Shown here piece by piece: positions 28,421 through 41,301 of a stretch of DNA of 64,000 nucleotides. Location: contig JAYUUO010000150.1 in NCBI GenBank assembly GCA_043754515.1, positions 40,904-104,903 on the forward strand, written 5' to 3'. Below the pieces are notes generated by a model. It was not told the origin of the DNA, did no database searches, and saw only the letters and a list, made by a program, of their open reading frames with translations. Both the position numbers and the translations under genes were made by a program. The stretch's first letter is position 1. Every line of letters starts with the position of its first letter. This DNA comes from Armatimonadota bacterium. GTDB lineage: Bacteria > Armatimonadota > Armatimonadia > Armatimonadales > Armatimonadaceae.

Positions 28421-29277
28421 CTAACCTCCCTCGAACAGGGCGGGCGGTGATCTCGCCGCGGCACGGTTGCTAGTTCCGCTCTCCTCGGGTAGATTCCGTC
28501 GGGGTATGCCCCGTGAGTGTTTTAGTGCTGTCAGCGGCCCGCGTGTACTGACAATCGGGGGAGGGGTGTGATTCCCTTGTCCCCCGCGCCGCAAGTCATT
28601 TGAACTCGATTTCGGTGGCGCGGAACCTGTGGTACCGGAACTGTCCTCGGCGTAATCCAGAATGTCGTCCCGCGCCGTGTCGCTCCGCGTCGCGCTCGCG
28701 CCCCGGCCAATACCGAGCAACACGGCGGCGTGTCGCGAGTCGCCGCGCCGCTCCGTAAGGTTCGCCACGGTTCGGAACAGGTAAGCCGTGCCGAGCACGT
28801 CGCGCAGTCGCCGCCGCGTTGACAACGCCTGGAGCGGGATAGGGCGGTGTTCGCTGGAGACAACTCCGGTGTCGCATAGCGAGGACGGAAGGCGCGCGGC
28901 ATTGTCGGAGACACGGGGCATGGAGCGGGTCCACGAACGAGTATTACACCTGCGAGGAGGAACCGCGTCCTTGCCTGACCTGCCCACGGCAGGTCACGAT
29001 CCGGTAGGTACTCGCCCGCGTCACGGAATCGGGCGAGCGTCGCCGCGTCGCCGGATTTATGGGCGACCTCCCACGCGTCGGTATCGGTTCGCACGTGCGA
29101 AGCGAGCGCGATCTGTCCTGGTATCTCCTGAACCGTCGTTCCCGGCGCGACAAGGCATGCCGGTTGGTTCCCTTTATAGGGGGTAAGTTGTTGCTTGTCG
29201 GTATCGTTAAACGATACATTTTCGGCTCTGCGTTGGGTACAGCAGTGGCAGGGTACGGACCGTGTGTGGTTCATCAA
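28421..29277 (-). pseudogene. Degenerate BTAD/TPR-type regulator remnant
   Basis: Fragments in different frames: VRTDTDAWE...GEYLPDRDLPW (BTAD-like) and ALSTRRRLRDVLGTAYLF...AAVLLG (TPR-like). Confidence 0.35.
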
Positions 29278-29404
29278 GTCAGCCTGACCCTGTTCGATGC
29301 GTAGCCCCGCGCGGCCATCCTTTGGAAGGTGTGGTAACGAAACGCGCCCCCGGCTTCGAGATAGCGGAGGGAGCGAGGAAGGGGGGTGTCCTCGGAGCGG
29401 CGAC

Positions 29405-31108
<1,704 letters not shown>

Positions 31109-31421
31109 TCACTGCCCGGCGGCGATCTCGGCTTGCCGAAGGCGGGCGGCTGCCCGAAGCGGATTGTATCGGGTCGCGGCGGGTTTGGCAAACCGGGTGC
31201 TTGACTCGGCAGGTAATTCGACCTACTTTCGTAATCAGCCGGAGGAAGTAATGAGACGAGACGCAATGGAGTGCTGAACTCACAGTGGCGTCAGTCCGTA
31301 GCATGGAAAACCGTGGGTCACGGCGGGCAAGATGATGATCGCACAGGCGATACCATGTGCGAAGCGCGACCCGACGCGTCAGCGAGACTCTAGCCGCATT
31401 CGCGTGCAGACCGGACTTTAT

Positions 31422-32120
31422 ATGATCATCAACGAAAATCCGGGGTGTCTAGGGTTCTTCCTACGAATCCTGGGTATAGGTTCGTCACCGGAGGAGACAT
31501 CCCGCGAAGAGTTCCCTTACATCGTGCGCGAGGACTTCCTTTCGCCTACGGAGCGCGCATTCTATGGAGTGTTGTGTTCGGCTACGGGAAGCCGGGGCGT
31601 GGTTTGTCCGAAAGTAAGGCTCGCCGACGTCTTCGTCGTTGCGCCCCCACGGCGGCATCGGACCGCGTTTAACCGGATCGCGCAGAAACATGTTGACTTT
31701 CTCATTTGCGACCCCGGCACCATGAGGCCGTTGCTGGGAGTGGAACTCGATGACGCCAGCCACGCCCGCATGGACCGACAAACGCGCGACGCGTTCGTTG
31801 AAGAGGTGTTCAGAGGGGCGGGTCTGACCCTTCTCCGTCTCCCGGTGCAACGCGGATACAACCTCCAGGAATTGTCGGCGCGGATTGATTCCCTCCTGAA
31901 CGAGTCGCCTTCTGCGGTTGATATACCTCGGGCAGTCTCCTTAACGGGGGACGGAGCAACAGATACCGGTAGCAACCTTCCCCCAATGTGCCCGAACTGC
32001 GCCGTGCCCATGGTCATGCGGACGGCACGGAAGGCGGGATGCGGTGAGCCATTCTATGCCTGTCTTAACTACCCTCGTTGCCACTTGACACTACCTACCT
32101 CAGCGCGGGAAACAACCTAG
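31422..32120 (+). CDS. DUF2726 domain protein with C-terminal topoisomerase-type C4 zinc ribbon
   Basis: FLSPTERAFY, KVRLADV, KHVDF, VELDDASH, RD; CPNC...FYACLNYPRC. Confidence 0.85.
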   Translation: MIINENPGCLGFFLRILGIGSSPEETSREEFPYIVREDFLSPTERAFYGVLCSATGSRGVVCPKVRLADVFVVAPPRRHRTAFNRIAQKHVDFLICDPGTMRPLLGVELDDASHARMDRQTRDAFVEEVFRGAGLTLLRLPVQRGYNLQELSARIDSLLNESPSAVDIPRAVSLTGDGATDTGSNLPPMCPNCAVPMVMRTARKAGCGEPFYACLNYPRCHLTLPTSARETT

Positions 32121-32161
32121 AAACTTGCTCACGCGAGTTAACAACCGTGCGGGGACTAGGA

Positions 32162-33886
32162 TCATTCCAGCCGCGTGAACCGCTCCGTGATCTGCCCCGC
32201 GTCTTGCAGGAAGTTCTGCGCGTAGGAGATGCGCTGTTTCGCTTCCGCGTGGTCGGCGTCGAGGCGGAGCACCTTTTTGAACTGGAACAGCGCGGGCGCG
32301 TATTGCCGGTCGTTGTAGAGCGCGTTGCCGAGCGCCATCGCTTCCCCGACGCGGGCTTGCTTGAGCAGGTTTGTCACCTCGGGGCCGGACGCGCCGCGCT
32401 TCTGCGCCTCGGTGAGGGACGAGACCGCGTCCGCCCATTCGCCCAGTGCCATCCGCTTCCTACCCTCGGTGATCGCGGCGTTCGCGGCGGCGAAGCGGGC
32501 GTCGGCGAGCTTTTCGCGGGAGACGGAATCGAGTGGGTCGGCGACGATCGCGTACAAAAGGTGCGCCTCGGCGGAGTCGCCGTCGCCGTCGCCCAGCGAC
32601 TTTTCACCCAGGCTCCGCTCCAGCGTGTTCCACCGCTGCCGGAGCGACTGCCGCGTCCCGAACAGCTCGGCGTCGAAGGGGAGCACCACCAACGCTTCCG
32701 CGATCCGCTCGTCCGCGCTCAAAAAGTCGCCTATCTCCTCGGAGTTGGCCGACAGCGCGAGTGCCTGTTCGCGCGCCTCCGCGAGCGTCTCCTTGAGCAG
32801 ATCACAGGCGCGGAAATCGCTCGGCACCGACTGCAACCGGCTTTGTAACAGCGCGACCGCTTGCAGGAGGCTGCCCTCGCCCGATCTCGCCGCCCGCGCC
32901 TCGGCTAGCACCGCGTCGCCGTCCGCCGCCGCGAGCCGATCCCCGTAAAAGAGTTTGTAAACGCACAGGGTCCCGTCGCGTAGCGAGACGCCGACGAACT
33001 CGCCGTTCGCGGAGACGGACAGCCCGGTCGGGCGCGAGTCCTCGTAGTCAATCTCCCAGACTGGCAGGCCGTTCTCGCCGGACAGGAGTACCAGTCGGCC
33101 CTCGTTCGTGTCGGTCTGCACCAGCACCGCGACGGTGCGCGCGCCGGTATCCACGCCGACCGAGACTGGCTCGCCGACGACCTCGGTGAACCAGAGCAGC
33201 TGCCCCTCGGCACTCACGAACCCCGCGCCGCCGCCCCCCGCGAACGCGATCCGGTTCACCCCGGCGACCGCGACCGCCTGCATCGGCGCCTCCTGCCGGT
33301 GCTTAATCAGCGTGTTGCGCGCGTTGTCGAGGAGCCACAGGTCGCCTTCTTCGGCACCGATGGCGATAACCGTCCCGTCGCGGGAGATCGCTACCGCCGT
33401 GGCCGAGAAGGGCAGGTCTTTCGTCCACAAGGTGCGTCCGGTATGGTCGCCGAGCGCGGCGGTGTGGTGCGCGGCGAGCATGTCGCAGAAAACGGTGCCG
33501 AAGCGGTTCCCCGCTTCCGAAAGGGCGATGTCCGAGTAGTTGGCGCGGCGGTCGGACAGGAAGCGCGACTTCTTGCCGTCCTTGAAGATGTACAGGTCGT
33601 CGTCCGTGGACCCGATAAATGTCTCGCCGGTAGTAGCGATCTCGGTCTTGCGCAGGGTCTCCACGCTGTAGGTTTGTAGCGTGGTCGGCTTCCCCGTCGC
33701 CGTGAAACGCACCAGGTGGAACGAGCGCACCTCCATGTCATCCGGGACGCTGACGAGGGTCACCCCGTCGTCCTGCACGGCGAAGCGCGACAGCGGGGCG
33801 GTCCCGCGTGCCTTACGGGTGTAAGCTAGGTCAACGTTGCGGACTTCCACGGACGCGGAGGGGGCGAGATCGGGCGCGAGCGACAT
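32162..33886 (-). CDS. Beta-propeller (WD40/PQQ-like) + TPR protein
   Basis: Repeated G..LW blades, then helical TPR-like C-terminus (ALFQFKKVLRLDADHAEA). Confidence 0.65.
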   Translation of the reverse strand: MSLAPDLAPSASVEVRNVDLAYTRKARGTAPLSRFAVQDDGVTLVSVPDDMEVRSFHLVRFTATGKPTTLQTYSVETLRKTEIATTGETFIGSTDDDLYIFKDGKKSRFLSDRRANYSDIALSEAGNRFGTVFCDMLAAHHTAALGDHTGRTLWTKDLPFSATAVAISRDGTVIAIGAEEGDLWLLDNARNTLIKHRQEAPMQAVAVAGVNRIAFAGGGGAGFVSAEGQLLWFTEVVGEPVSVGVDTGARTVAVLVQTDTNEGRLVLLSGENGLPVWEIDYEDSRPTGLSVSANGEFVGVSLRDGTLCVYKLFYGDRLAAADGDAVLAEARAARSGEGSLLQAVALLQSRLQSVPSDFRACDLLKETLAEAREQALALSANSEEIGDFLSADERIAEALVVLPFDAELFGTRQSLRQRWNTLERSLGEKSLGDGDGDSAEAHLLYAIVADPLDSVSREKLADARFAAANAAITEGRKRMALGEWADAVSSLTEAQKRGASGPEVTNLLKQARVGEAMALGNALYNDRQYAPALFQFKKVLRLDADHAEAKQRISYAQNFLQDAGQITERFTRLE

Positions 33887-33893
33887 ATCCGTA

Positions 33894-33930
33894 ATTATAC
33901 CGCGCTTCGTTCGGATTCCCGGTGTAAAAT
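33894..33930. promoter_or_regulatory. Back-to-back -10 boxes for two divergent leaderless genes
   Basis: TATAAT (- strand, 33894-33899) 7 nt before ATG 33886; TAAAAT (+, 33925-33930) 6 nt before GTG 33937. Confidence 0.65.
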
Positions 33931-33936
33931 AACCGC

Positions 33937-34680
33937 GTGAAAACGCTCCTGGCCCGCCTCGCGAACGGTTTACTGGACCTGATCTATCCGGTGATGTGTC
34001 TGGTTTGCGGGGGTCATGCCGAGAGCGGTGCCCTGTGCGAGCGGTGCGTAACGTCGTTCCTGCCGATCCCCGAGCCGACGTGCGCCGTGTGCGGTCGGCC
34101 GAACGAGAGCGCGGCGTGCCGGAACTGCGAGCGTTTTGCCGCCGAGACCGGCGCGGGATTCGGGTTCGACGGGGCGTGTGCCGGGGCGGTGTTCGGCGGG
34201 GCGTTGCGGCACGCCATCCACCTGCTCAAATACCGGAGCCGGGAGCGTCTCGGGTTGCCGCTCGGCGCGTTCCTGGCGAACCGCCTGGTGGCGGACGGTT
34301 TGCTGACCGACCCGGACTCCGTGGATCTGGTCGCGCCCGTGCCGGTACACCCGTTGCGCGAGCGGGAGCGCGGCTACAACCAGGCGCGACTGCTCGCGGA
34401 GCCGGTCGCGGAGATGCTGGGGGTGCCGCTACTCGCGGGCGCGATCTTCGTGCGTGTCCGGCGAACCGAGCGTCAGGTGGGACTCGCGGATAAGGCGCGG
34501 CGCGGTAATGTCACGCCCGACGTGTTCGCCGTGCCCGACGTTTCCACGGTCGCGGGGAAGTGTGTCCTGCTCGTGGACGACGTGTTCACGACCGGCGCGA
34601 CCGTGAGCGCGTGCGCGACGGTGCTGAAACGCGCGGGCGCGGCGCGGGTGCTGGTTGCGTCCCTCGCCGCGGGCGGCTAG
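33937..34680 (+). CDS. comF: ComF-family protein (double zinc ribbon + phosphoribosyltransferase)
   Basis: Four CxxC pairs, RERGYNQA, LLVDDVFTTGAT. Confidence 0.88.
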   Translation: MKTLLARLANGLLDLIYPVMCLVCGGHAESGALCERCVTSFLPIPEPTCAVCGRPNESAACRNCERFAAETGAGFGFDGACAGAVFGGALRHAIHLLKYRSRERLGLPLGAFLANRLVADGLLTDPDSVDLVAPVPVHPLRERERGYNQARLLAEPVAEMLGVPLLAGAIFVRVRRTERQVGLADKARRGNVTPDVFAVPDVSTVAGKCVLLVDDVFTTGATVSACATVLKRAGAARVLVASLAAGG

Positions 34681-34681
34681 A

Positions 34682-35266
34682 ATGAGCCTTATGACCCGAC
34701 CTCCCCGCCGCCGATTTCTCGCGCTACTGGCAATCGCGCCCGCCCTGCTCGCCGGATGCGCGGGCCGTCCGTCCGAGCGGGTGGGCTTGGACGATGTCGC
34801 CTCGCTCGCGAGCGAGGCACTACTCGGCACGTTGCTCGGCCCGTCGCCCGAGAAGCGCGTCACGATGATGGCACCGCCAGAACCGCCCCTGCTCGTGAAA
34901 GGCGTCGCCGAAAACGTCCTCCTGTCCACCGATTACGCGGACTTCGCGCGGGCGAGTAAGAAAGCACTGTCCGAGAAAGACGTTAAGGCGGTGGAAGCGG
35001 ACGTATTACGTACCTCGGGCGCGGTGCTAAAAAAGCGGGGGTTCGCCATCGGCTTGCTTTCATACCCCCCGGTGGTGGACCCGGCGGCACAGAATACGCT
35101 GGTCGCGACACTCACCCCGGTGACGGAGGAGGGCGGCTCGCCCGATGAAAAGCGCAATGGGCGCGGCAGAACCTATGTCCTGATCCGCCTCACGATCACC
35201 GACCCCCGAACGAACACCGTGCTACGAGTGCGCGACTTCTATTCCGGGCGCGAGGCGGGCAAGTAA
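34682..35266 (+). CDS. Putative lipoprotein
   Basis: RRRFL N-terminus, hydrophobic stretch, lipobox LAGC. Confidence 0.7.
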   Translation: MSLMTRPPRRRFLALLAIAPALLAGCAGRPSERVGLDDVASLASEALLGTLLGPSPEKRVTMMAPPEPPLLVKGVAENVLLSTDYADFARASKKALSEKDVKAVEADVLRTSGAVLKKRGFAIGLLSYPPVVDPAAQNTLVATLTPVTEEGGSPDEKRNGRGRTYVLIRLTITDPRTNTVLRVRDFYSGREAGK

Positions 35267-35321
35267 CCGCTTTGCCCGCCCCACTAGTGTCGTGTGATCA
35301 GGCAGGGCAACTGCTCTACCA

Positions 35322-37421
35322 TCACGCCCCGAACAAGACGACCTTCGCCCCGCGCGTCGTAAAGCGGGCGGTAATGTGTGCGTGCCCGCGTTCGTCGGCC
35401 CGGACCTCAACGCCGTCGTTGTGGTAGTGGCTCCCCGAAACGCCGGTCGCGTGGGTGACGTAGGTATACGTGCCCGGCGCGTTGCAGAAAATGCTCACCA
35501 CCCCGCGACCGCTCGCCGCGATCTTTTCATAGATTTCGGGACTCCCGCCGACGTCACCGGTGCGTATCAGCGTGCTTCCCGTGACGTCGGCGCGCACCAT
35601 TTTGTACCGGCGCAAGAAGTCGCCGATACGCCCAATCCCGTCCTCCGTGACCGCGAGCAGGTCACCCCAGATGCCGTTCTGCCCCAGCACGAGCGACGCG
35701 AGGTTTACCCACTGGCTTTCACCATCCGTTACTTCCTCTGCCCCCGACCATCCATACTTGATGTACCGGTCGTCGGGCAGGTAGTGGGTCAGAAACAGCA
35801 CGCTCGGTATCCACTTGTCGTACGTCAGCGGGGCGCGGCAGACCCACCCGCGCGCGGCTCCAGGGTAGAAGAACAGGTTGACGTTGCCGTCAGATGGGAC
35901 GGGCATATTGTAGTCAAAGTTGTACGGCCCATTATTAATCAGGAAGTATTTGCCCGCCGTTAGGAACTGCAAGCCGACTGTACGTCCGCCCTCCGTGATG
36001 TCGAAATCCACGATGGCATCGGGGCACGCCGCGCATACCTTGTTTACGACGTCTACCATCGCCGCGCCCAACTCGAAGCCGTAGCAGACGCGCCGCTCCT
36101 CGGGCGTGTTATCCGCCTCGCCGTGCCCGTGTCCCGGCGCGTCGCACCCGTACTGCCCGATAGCATCCCACTTGAAGTACGTCACGCCGACCTCACGGTG
36201 CAAGCGGATGAGTTCGTTCGCGAACGCGTCGCCGTAGCGAGACACGAGGCACAAGCCCTGACTCGCCTCGGTCTCCCATATTTCGTGGGGGGCGTGCGGC
36301 GCGCCGTTCGTCGTCATCAGACAGTCTTCGTGCGCGCGGCGCATCTCGCTCGACACGGCGGCGACCGTGGGGTTAAACCATAAGCCCAGTTTCATGCCGT
36401 ACCCATCCAGTTTGGCTTTGATCGGCGTCATGCCGTTCGGGAACCGTTCGGAAGACACGCGCCAGTCGCCTGTTTTCTCGTACCAACCGGTGTCAATCAC
36501 GAACACATCAATGCCCATTCGGTGCGCGACCTCGATCTCGGCCAGCATCCGCGTCTCGTTCATGTCGGCGAGATAGGGCCTCTTCTGCCACGCCTTGACG
36601 CGCTCCTGGTACGCCCAGGTGTTGTAGAAAATGAGCGGCTCACGGCTCGCCACGTTCGCGCTCATGTCGCGCAGGACGAACGAACGATAGGCGCGGGCGA
36701 GCACCCCTTCGTCGCCCGCGGTTATCGCCGCCTGCATCCACACCGTCTCGAACGGGTGATCGGCGTCAATAACCTGGCCGTCGTGATAGTTCCCTTTCAC
36801 GGCATGTAGCGTCGCCGTCCGGTCCGCCGCGAGATCGTAGCGCAGGAAGGCGTCTGGAACCTGCGAGCCGTGTTCGTACCCGACCAGAAACGCGTGTCCC
36901 TCCGTTTCGCCGACGAGCAGGGGGCCCATGCGTGAAACGCCCGCGTCGAAATCGCGCGGCTCCACGGGGTTTTCGGCGAGGCAGAAGGAATGCACGAACG
37001 CGTTGAACTGCGAGAGTTGCACCTCCTTGACCCGCGTCGCGCCCGCGAGCGAGACCGCGAAGTAGATGATCCTGTCACCGGTGCCGCCCTCTTTCGTCAG
37101 GCGGCGCGGCGATTTGCTGGTGATGCGGTAGCGGAATCGTAGCACGGGGCTGTCGAGGGAGTAGCGATAAACGACCTCCAGACGAAGCCCGGTCGCGCCG
37201 TCCACCGCGCCCGCGAGCCGGTGCTCCGTCACTCCGTTCGGTAGCAGGGTCGGATCACCGACCGGGGCGAGCTCTCGGGCGCGAAGCGTCACCTGTCCGC
37301 CGTCCAGCGGAAGTGTCGGCGGCGCGAAGACGAGCGACGCGCCTCCGTTATGGGCGGACAATCTCCATCCGCCATCCGCCTGACTTCCGGTTTCGATCAC
37401 GAATATGTTGTTCTCTGACAT
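35322..37421 (-). CDS. Alpha-galactosidase-like glycoside hydrolase (GH36)
   Basis: FYNTW, FVIDTGW, ERFPNG, GMKLGLWFNP, YFKWD. Confidence 0.82.
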   Translation of the reverse strand: MSENNIFVIETGSQADGGWRLSAHNGGASLVFAPPTLPLDGGQVTLRARELAPVGDPTLLPNGVTEHRLAGAVDGATGLRLEVVYRYSLDSPVLRFRYRITSKSPRRLTKEGGTGDRIIYFAVSLAGATRVKEVQLSQFNAFVHSFCLAENPVEPRDFDAGVSRMGPLLVGETEGHAFLVGYEHGSQVPDAFLRYDLAADRTATLHAVKGNYHDGQVIDADHPFETVWMQAAITAGDEGVLARAYRSFVLRDMSANVASREPLIFYNTWAYQERVKAWQKRPYLADMNETRMLAEIEVAHRMGIDVFVIDTGWYEKTGDWRVSSERFPNGMTPIKAKLDGYGMKLGLWFNPTVAAVSSEMRRAHEDCLMTTNGAPHAPHEIWETEASQGLCLVSRYGDAFANELIRLHREVGVTYFKWDAIGQYGCDAPGHGHGEADNTPEERRVCYGFELGAAMVDVVNKVCAACPDAIVDFDITEGGRTVGLQFLTAGKYFLINNGPYNFDYNMPVPSDGNVNLFFYPGAARGWVCRAPLTYDKWIPSVLFLTHYLPDDRYIKYGWSGAEEVTDGESQWVNLASLVLGQNGIWGDLLAVTEDGIGRIGDFLRRYKMVRADVTGSTLIRTGDVGGSPEIYEKIAASGRGVVSIFCNAPGTYTYVTHATGVSGSHYHNDGVEVRADERGHAHITARFTTRGAKVVLFGA

Positions 37422-37762
37422 GCCCTTTAGTCTACCGAATTACTCTCCGGCGCGCCGACGCGCGAACTCAGGGCTATTGCATCATTGTCCTCCTGATCTC
37501 CCATGAATGATCCACGCGGGTTTCGCCCCCGCCGCACGTGGCCAGGCGGGTCCGTGTCTATGCGGGTCTCGCCTGCACATGGGCACGCGGGATGGCCATA
37601 CGTGGGGTTTACACTCCACGCCTCACGCGCCCGCCGGTAGCCACCGGCGGGCACGTGAGGCACCACCTGTCCCGAAACATTCGGGCACCGCTTTGGGCAT
37701 AAAGACCCATCGTGCCCCCCCGCTAAAGGGCTTACAATCTGAATCATAGATCGGAGGCTAGC

Positions 37763-38119
37763 ATGGAAAATTTTTTCAAGGTCTGGGTCGTCTGCATTTT
37801 GATCGCCGTCCCACTTCTGCGCCCTGTTTGGCGCGACAGCAGGCGGTTCGCGGTATGCCTCTTTGGCGGGGCGGCGACGTACTGCGCGTGGTGCGCGATT
37901 TGCGTCCACTCCACGAAACACGGCGGGTCGGGGAGCGACGCGGCGGTGATCGCGCAGATCATGGTCGGCCCGCCGCTATGGTTCATCGGCGGGTTGATCG
38001 CCTTGGCGCTCGGGGCGCGTTTCGTGCCGCCCGGTGCGGTGGTGTCGCTCGTTATCGCCGGGGCATTCGCCAATATTGCGGCTATCTATTTCTGCATATA
38101 CCTCATGTTCTTGACCTGA
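37763..38119 (+). CDS. Small membrane protein
   Basis: SD GGAGG; four hydrophobic segments. Confidence 0.6.
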   Translation: MENFFKVWVVCILIAVPLLRPVWRDSRRFAVCLFGGAATYCAWCAICVHSTKHGGSGSDAAVIAQIMVGPPLWFIGGLIALALGARFVPPGAVVSLVIAGAFANIAAIYFCIYLMFLT

Positions 38120-38140
38120 AAGCGCGTCGGGAGCGTAACC

Positions 38141-38344
38141 ATGCTTCCCGTGTCCATCGGGCTGGGCCTGGCCGGTGCCGCCATGACGGTGGTTGCGTTC
38201 CTCTACTGGACGCGCCATCTATTCCCCTGGCATACCGCCCCGATACCGCCCCTGTGCAACGGGCGATTCCTCGCGATAGCGGATAAAGTGACAATCAAAG
38301 GCGGTCTCCTTCCTGCTTCCGAAGGACACTGTGTGCTCTCGTGA
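38141..38344 (+). CDS. Small hypothetical membrane peptide
   Basis: SD-like GGAG, single TM, stop overlaps next GTG. Confidence 0.3.
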   Translation: MLPVSIGLGLAGAAMTVVAFLYWTRHLFPWHTAPIPPLCNGRFLAIADKVTIKGGLLPASEGHCVLS

Positions 38345-39222
38345 ACCCGAACCAACCCAACACTCCCGCCCAGGTGACGTCGTCGCGCGAACTCGGTCTG
38401 GACATCGCGGCGGTCGCCGCTCGCTACCTGTTTCAAACGGACCATCTCCACTATGGCTTATGGACGGACGATCTGCCGGTACATATGAATAATCTGCGCC
38501 GGGCGCAGGAGAACTACGCCGACCTGATCGTGTCCACTATACCCGAGGGTACGCGGACGATCCTTGACGTCGGCACCGGCACCGGCGCGCTCGCGAAGCG
38601 GCTTCTGTCCGCCGGGTACGCGGTGGATTGCGTTTCGCCCTCGCCTTCGCTGACGGAGCGCGCCCGCGCGAATGTCGGGGACGCCGCGCATATCTTCGAG
38701 TGCAAGTACGAGGATCTTCAGACCGATAAGCGGTACGACCTGATCCTTTTCAGCGAAAGTTTCCAGTACATCCCGCTTGACCGTTCGCTCGCGCTGTCCA
38801 AAGACTACCTGAACACGGGCGGGCACATCCTGATCTGCGACTACTTCCGCAACGACACCCCGGACAAGGGGCCGTTCGGCGGAGGGCACTCGCTCAAAGA
38901 GTTCCGCGAAACCGTGGAGCAAAGCACCCTGATCCCGGTGATTGACCGAGATATTACGCCGTTCACCGCGCCGAATCTAGATCTCGTGGTGGATATGGTG
39001 GAGAATGTCGTGACCCCGATCAAGACACAACTCTTCGACTTCGCGCGGATTAAGTACCCGTTCCTGTTCCGCGTGCTGACGTGGACGTTCCGCAAGCAAC
39101 TCGCGCATTTCGACGGGAAATACATGGGCGGGAAGCGGAGCGGGAAGAACTTCCAGGTCTACAAATCGTACCGACTCCTGCTGTTCGCGAGGCCGACGCA
39201 AAGCAAGGTCGGCGGGATCTAG
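38341..39222 (+). CDS. Class I SAM-dependent methyltransferase
   Basis: HLHYGLW, ILDVGTGTG, YDLILFSESFQY. Confidence 0.88.
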   Translation: MNPNQPNTPAQVTSSRELGLDIAAVAARYLFQTDHLHYGLWTDDLPVHMNNLRRAQENYADLIVSTIPEGTRTILDVGTGTGALAKRLLSAGYAVDCVSPSPSLTERARANVGDAAHIFECKYEDLQTDKRYDLILFSESFQYIPLDRSLALSKDYLNTGGHILICDYFRNDTPDKGPFGGGHSLKEFRETVEQSTLIPVIDRDITPFTAPNLDLVVDMVENVVTPIKTQLFDFARIKYPFLFRVLTWTFRKQLAHFDGKYMGGKRSGKNFQVYKSYRLLLFARPTQSKVGGI

Positions 39223-39245
39223 CCGGGAAAACAGTGAACCGTCCG

Positions 39246-39483
39246 ATGTGGCTCGACCTGGTATACCTGTTCTGGCCGCCGTGCGTCGCGGTGGTCGCTT
39301 GTGGGGTCGCGTGCTTCCCCCATTAGGGTGGGCTTGTCGGTTTCGATCCTCGTCTTCGTTGCCGCCTTCTTCGTCCAGTTCATGATCCCGCGTGGGAAAG
39401 GGGCGAATCCCGACGCGCGGCAGGAAATCCCGGCTCCCGCCCCGAATAGTGCCGGTAAAATCCAAAAGAGCGATGTCAAATGA
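39246..39483 (+). pseudogene. Small two-TM protein split by an apparent +1 frameshift in a C5 run
   Basis: Removing one C at 39317-39321 gives MWLDLVYLFW...CFPIRVGLSVSILVFVAAFF... Confidence 0.45.
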
Positions 39484-39816
39484 GTCCTGAAATGAATGAA
39501 CTACTCCCACAACCAATTATCGTCGCCCTTCTCGGACGGCGTGAAACTGATCATCGAGCACGGCAAGCATCTCCTTTTTAAGCCGGACTGGAAGTAGGTA
39601 CTCGAGCCGGAATCGGTGAAGGAGCCGGTCCGCGCGATTGTAACGGGGACGTTGTCGCCGACCACGTGATCGAACCCGCCGCCTCTGGTACGCTAATTGC
39701 TAGGTACGCAAGTGGGCAACGTGGTACCGCGCCGACCGCGACCACAAGCGCGGCGGATGACACGGTTTTTCGTAACGCGTTACGCCCGAAAAGGCAAGGA
39801 TCAGGACAACACACCA

Positions 39817-40630
39817 ATGCGATTAGGAATCGGCTCGTTTTCATACCCGTGGGCGGTTGGGGTACCGGGGCAGGCGCAACCGCCGCGCCCGATGAATGCG
39901 TTTGAACTCGTCGAAGCGGCGGCGCGACTCGGCGTACAGTCCGTGCAGTTCGTGGACAACCTGCCGCTGACAAATCTTTCCGCGCGGGATCGGGGCGAAC
40001 TGGCCGCGCGCGCCGCCGCCGCCGGTATCCGCGTCGAGGTCGGGATGCGCGGCACGGACGCGAGCGATATTCGGATGTTCCTTGCGATAGTCCGGGAGTT
40101 CGGCGGCGACTACCTGCGCATCATGCTAGACGGCAACACGCCGGGCGACACGCCGGGCACGGACCTGATCCTGGAACGTCTCTTCCCGCTAATGCCCGAG
40201 TTCGAGGACGCGGGCGTTAAACTCGCGCTGGAAAACTTCGACCGGGTTCTCCGCCTACGACATGATCGGCATGGTAGAGGCACTCGGGGACGACGCGGCG
40301 GCGATCTGTCTCGACACGGTGAACTGTTTCGGGGCGGGGGAAGGCCCCGCGACCACGATCGAAACGCTCGCGCCGTACGCGGTCAACGTCCACATCAAGG
40401 ACTTCGTGGTAAGGCGGCAACCGCACCGCCTCGGCTTCATTATTGATGGCATGGCGGTCGGCGAGGGCCAACTCGACGTGCCCGCCCTGATCTCGCTACT
40501 ACCCGACATCGTTTCGCTGACGCTGGAGCAGTGGACGCCGTTCTCGCCCGATGGGATAGAAGCCACGTGTCGCGAGGAGGCGTCGCGCGTCGAGCGGAGC
40601 ATCGCGTACCTGAAATCGGTCGTACGTTAA
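39817..40630 (+). pseudogene. Sugar phosphate isomerase/epimerase (xylose-isomerase-like TIM barrel), frameshifted
   Basis: MRLGIGS...LALENFDR in one frame, ICLDTVN...VHIKDF in the next; deleting one G at 40244-40246 restores ENFDRFSAYDMI. Confidence 0.8.
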
Positions 40631-40733
40631 AATAATTGTTTCAGCGCGTAGTTAGTCTGGGTACATGGTATGGCAGGTTAGCAGGACACCATGCGCGGTA
40701 TTCTCGGTCCCTCGCTAACCGGAAAGAGTCACC

Positions 40734-41267
40734 ATGAAACAACATGCCGTTCCGTTTCCTCGACGAATGTCGAGATCTTGTGCGCTAGTGGGCTTCGTTG
40801 GCCTACTTGCTCTCGTCGCAATCCCAAGAGCGAATGCCCAGGTCGTCGTGACTGGGTTCTACAACCGAGTCGGTGCCAGTTATCTGTACAATTTTCAGGT
40901 TGCTAACAAGAGCGGCTTGGATATATCCACCATCGGGGCGATTTACGGTGTAGAACTACCGGCCCCCGTCATTAGCAATATCGTTCAAGTGCCCGGCTTC
41001 ACCTTTGATGTGGACTCGATAACCGGCTCCATTGACTTTGTTGAAGATACGTCTGTTTTCACGGCCAACCAAACCGTGGGCGGTTTCCGACTCACCAGTA
41101 GTAAGTTGCTGAATGTGACCAGTGTGACCGGACTTAACTCCAATTCGACCCCTTTCGTGGGGTCTTACGCCGCCGTTGCCGTCCCCGAAGCCGGAACGCT
41201 CCCGCTCACACTGCTCGCCGGTTCCGCTTTGTTCGGAGCCATTGTCGTTCGCCGCCGTATCGCCTGA
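40734..41267 (+). CDS. PEP-CTERM sorting-domain surface protein
   Basis: Signal peptide (ANA-Q); C-terminal VPEAGT + hydrophobic helix + RRR. Confidence 0.85.
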   Translation: MKQHAVPFPRRMSRSCALVGFVGLLALVAIPRANAQVVVTGFYNRVGASYLYNFQVANKSGLDISTIGAIYGVELPAPVISNIVQVPGFTFDVDSITGSIDFVEDTSVFTANQTVGGFRLTSSKLLNVTSVTGLNSNSTPFVGSYAAVAVPEAGTLPLTLLAGSALFGAIVVRRRIA

Positions 41268-41301
41268 TCAGAACGGTTGATCACGCGGAAAGATTTTTCC
41301 T

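Noticed and set aside
39496..39669. Short protein-like reading frame with internal TAG
   Set aside because: Too short and no recognisable family
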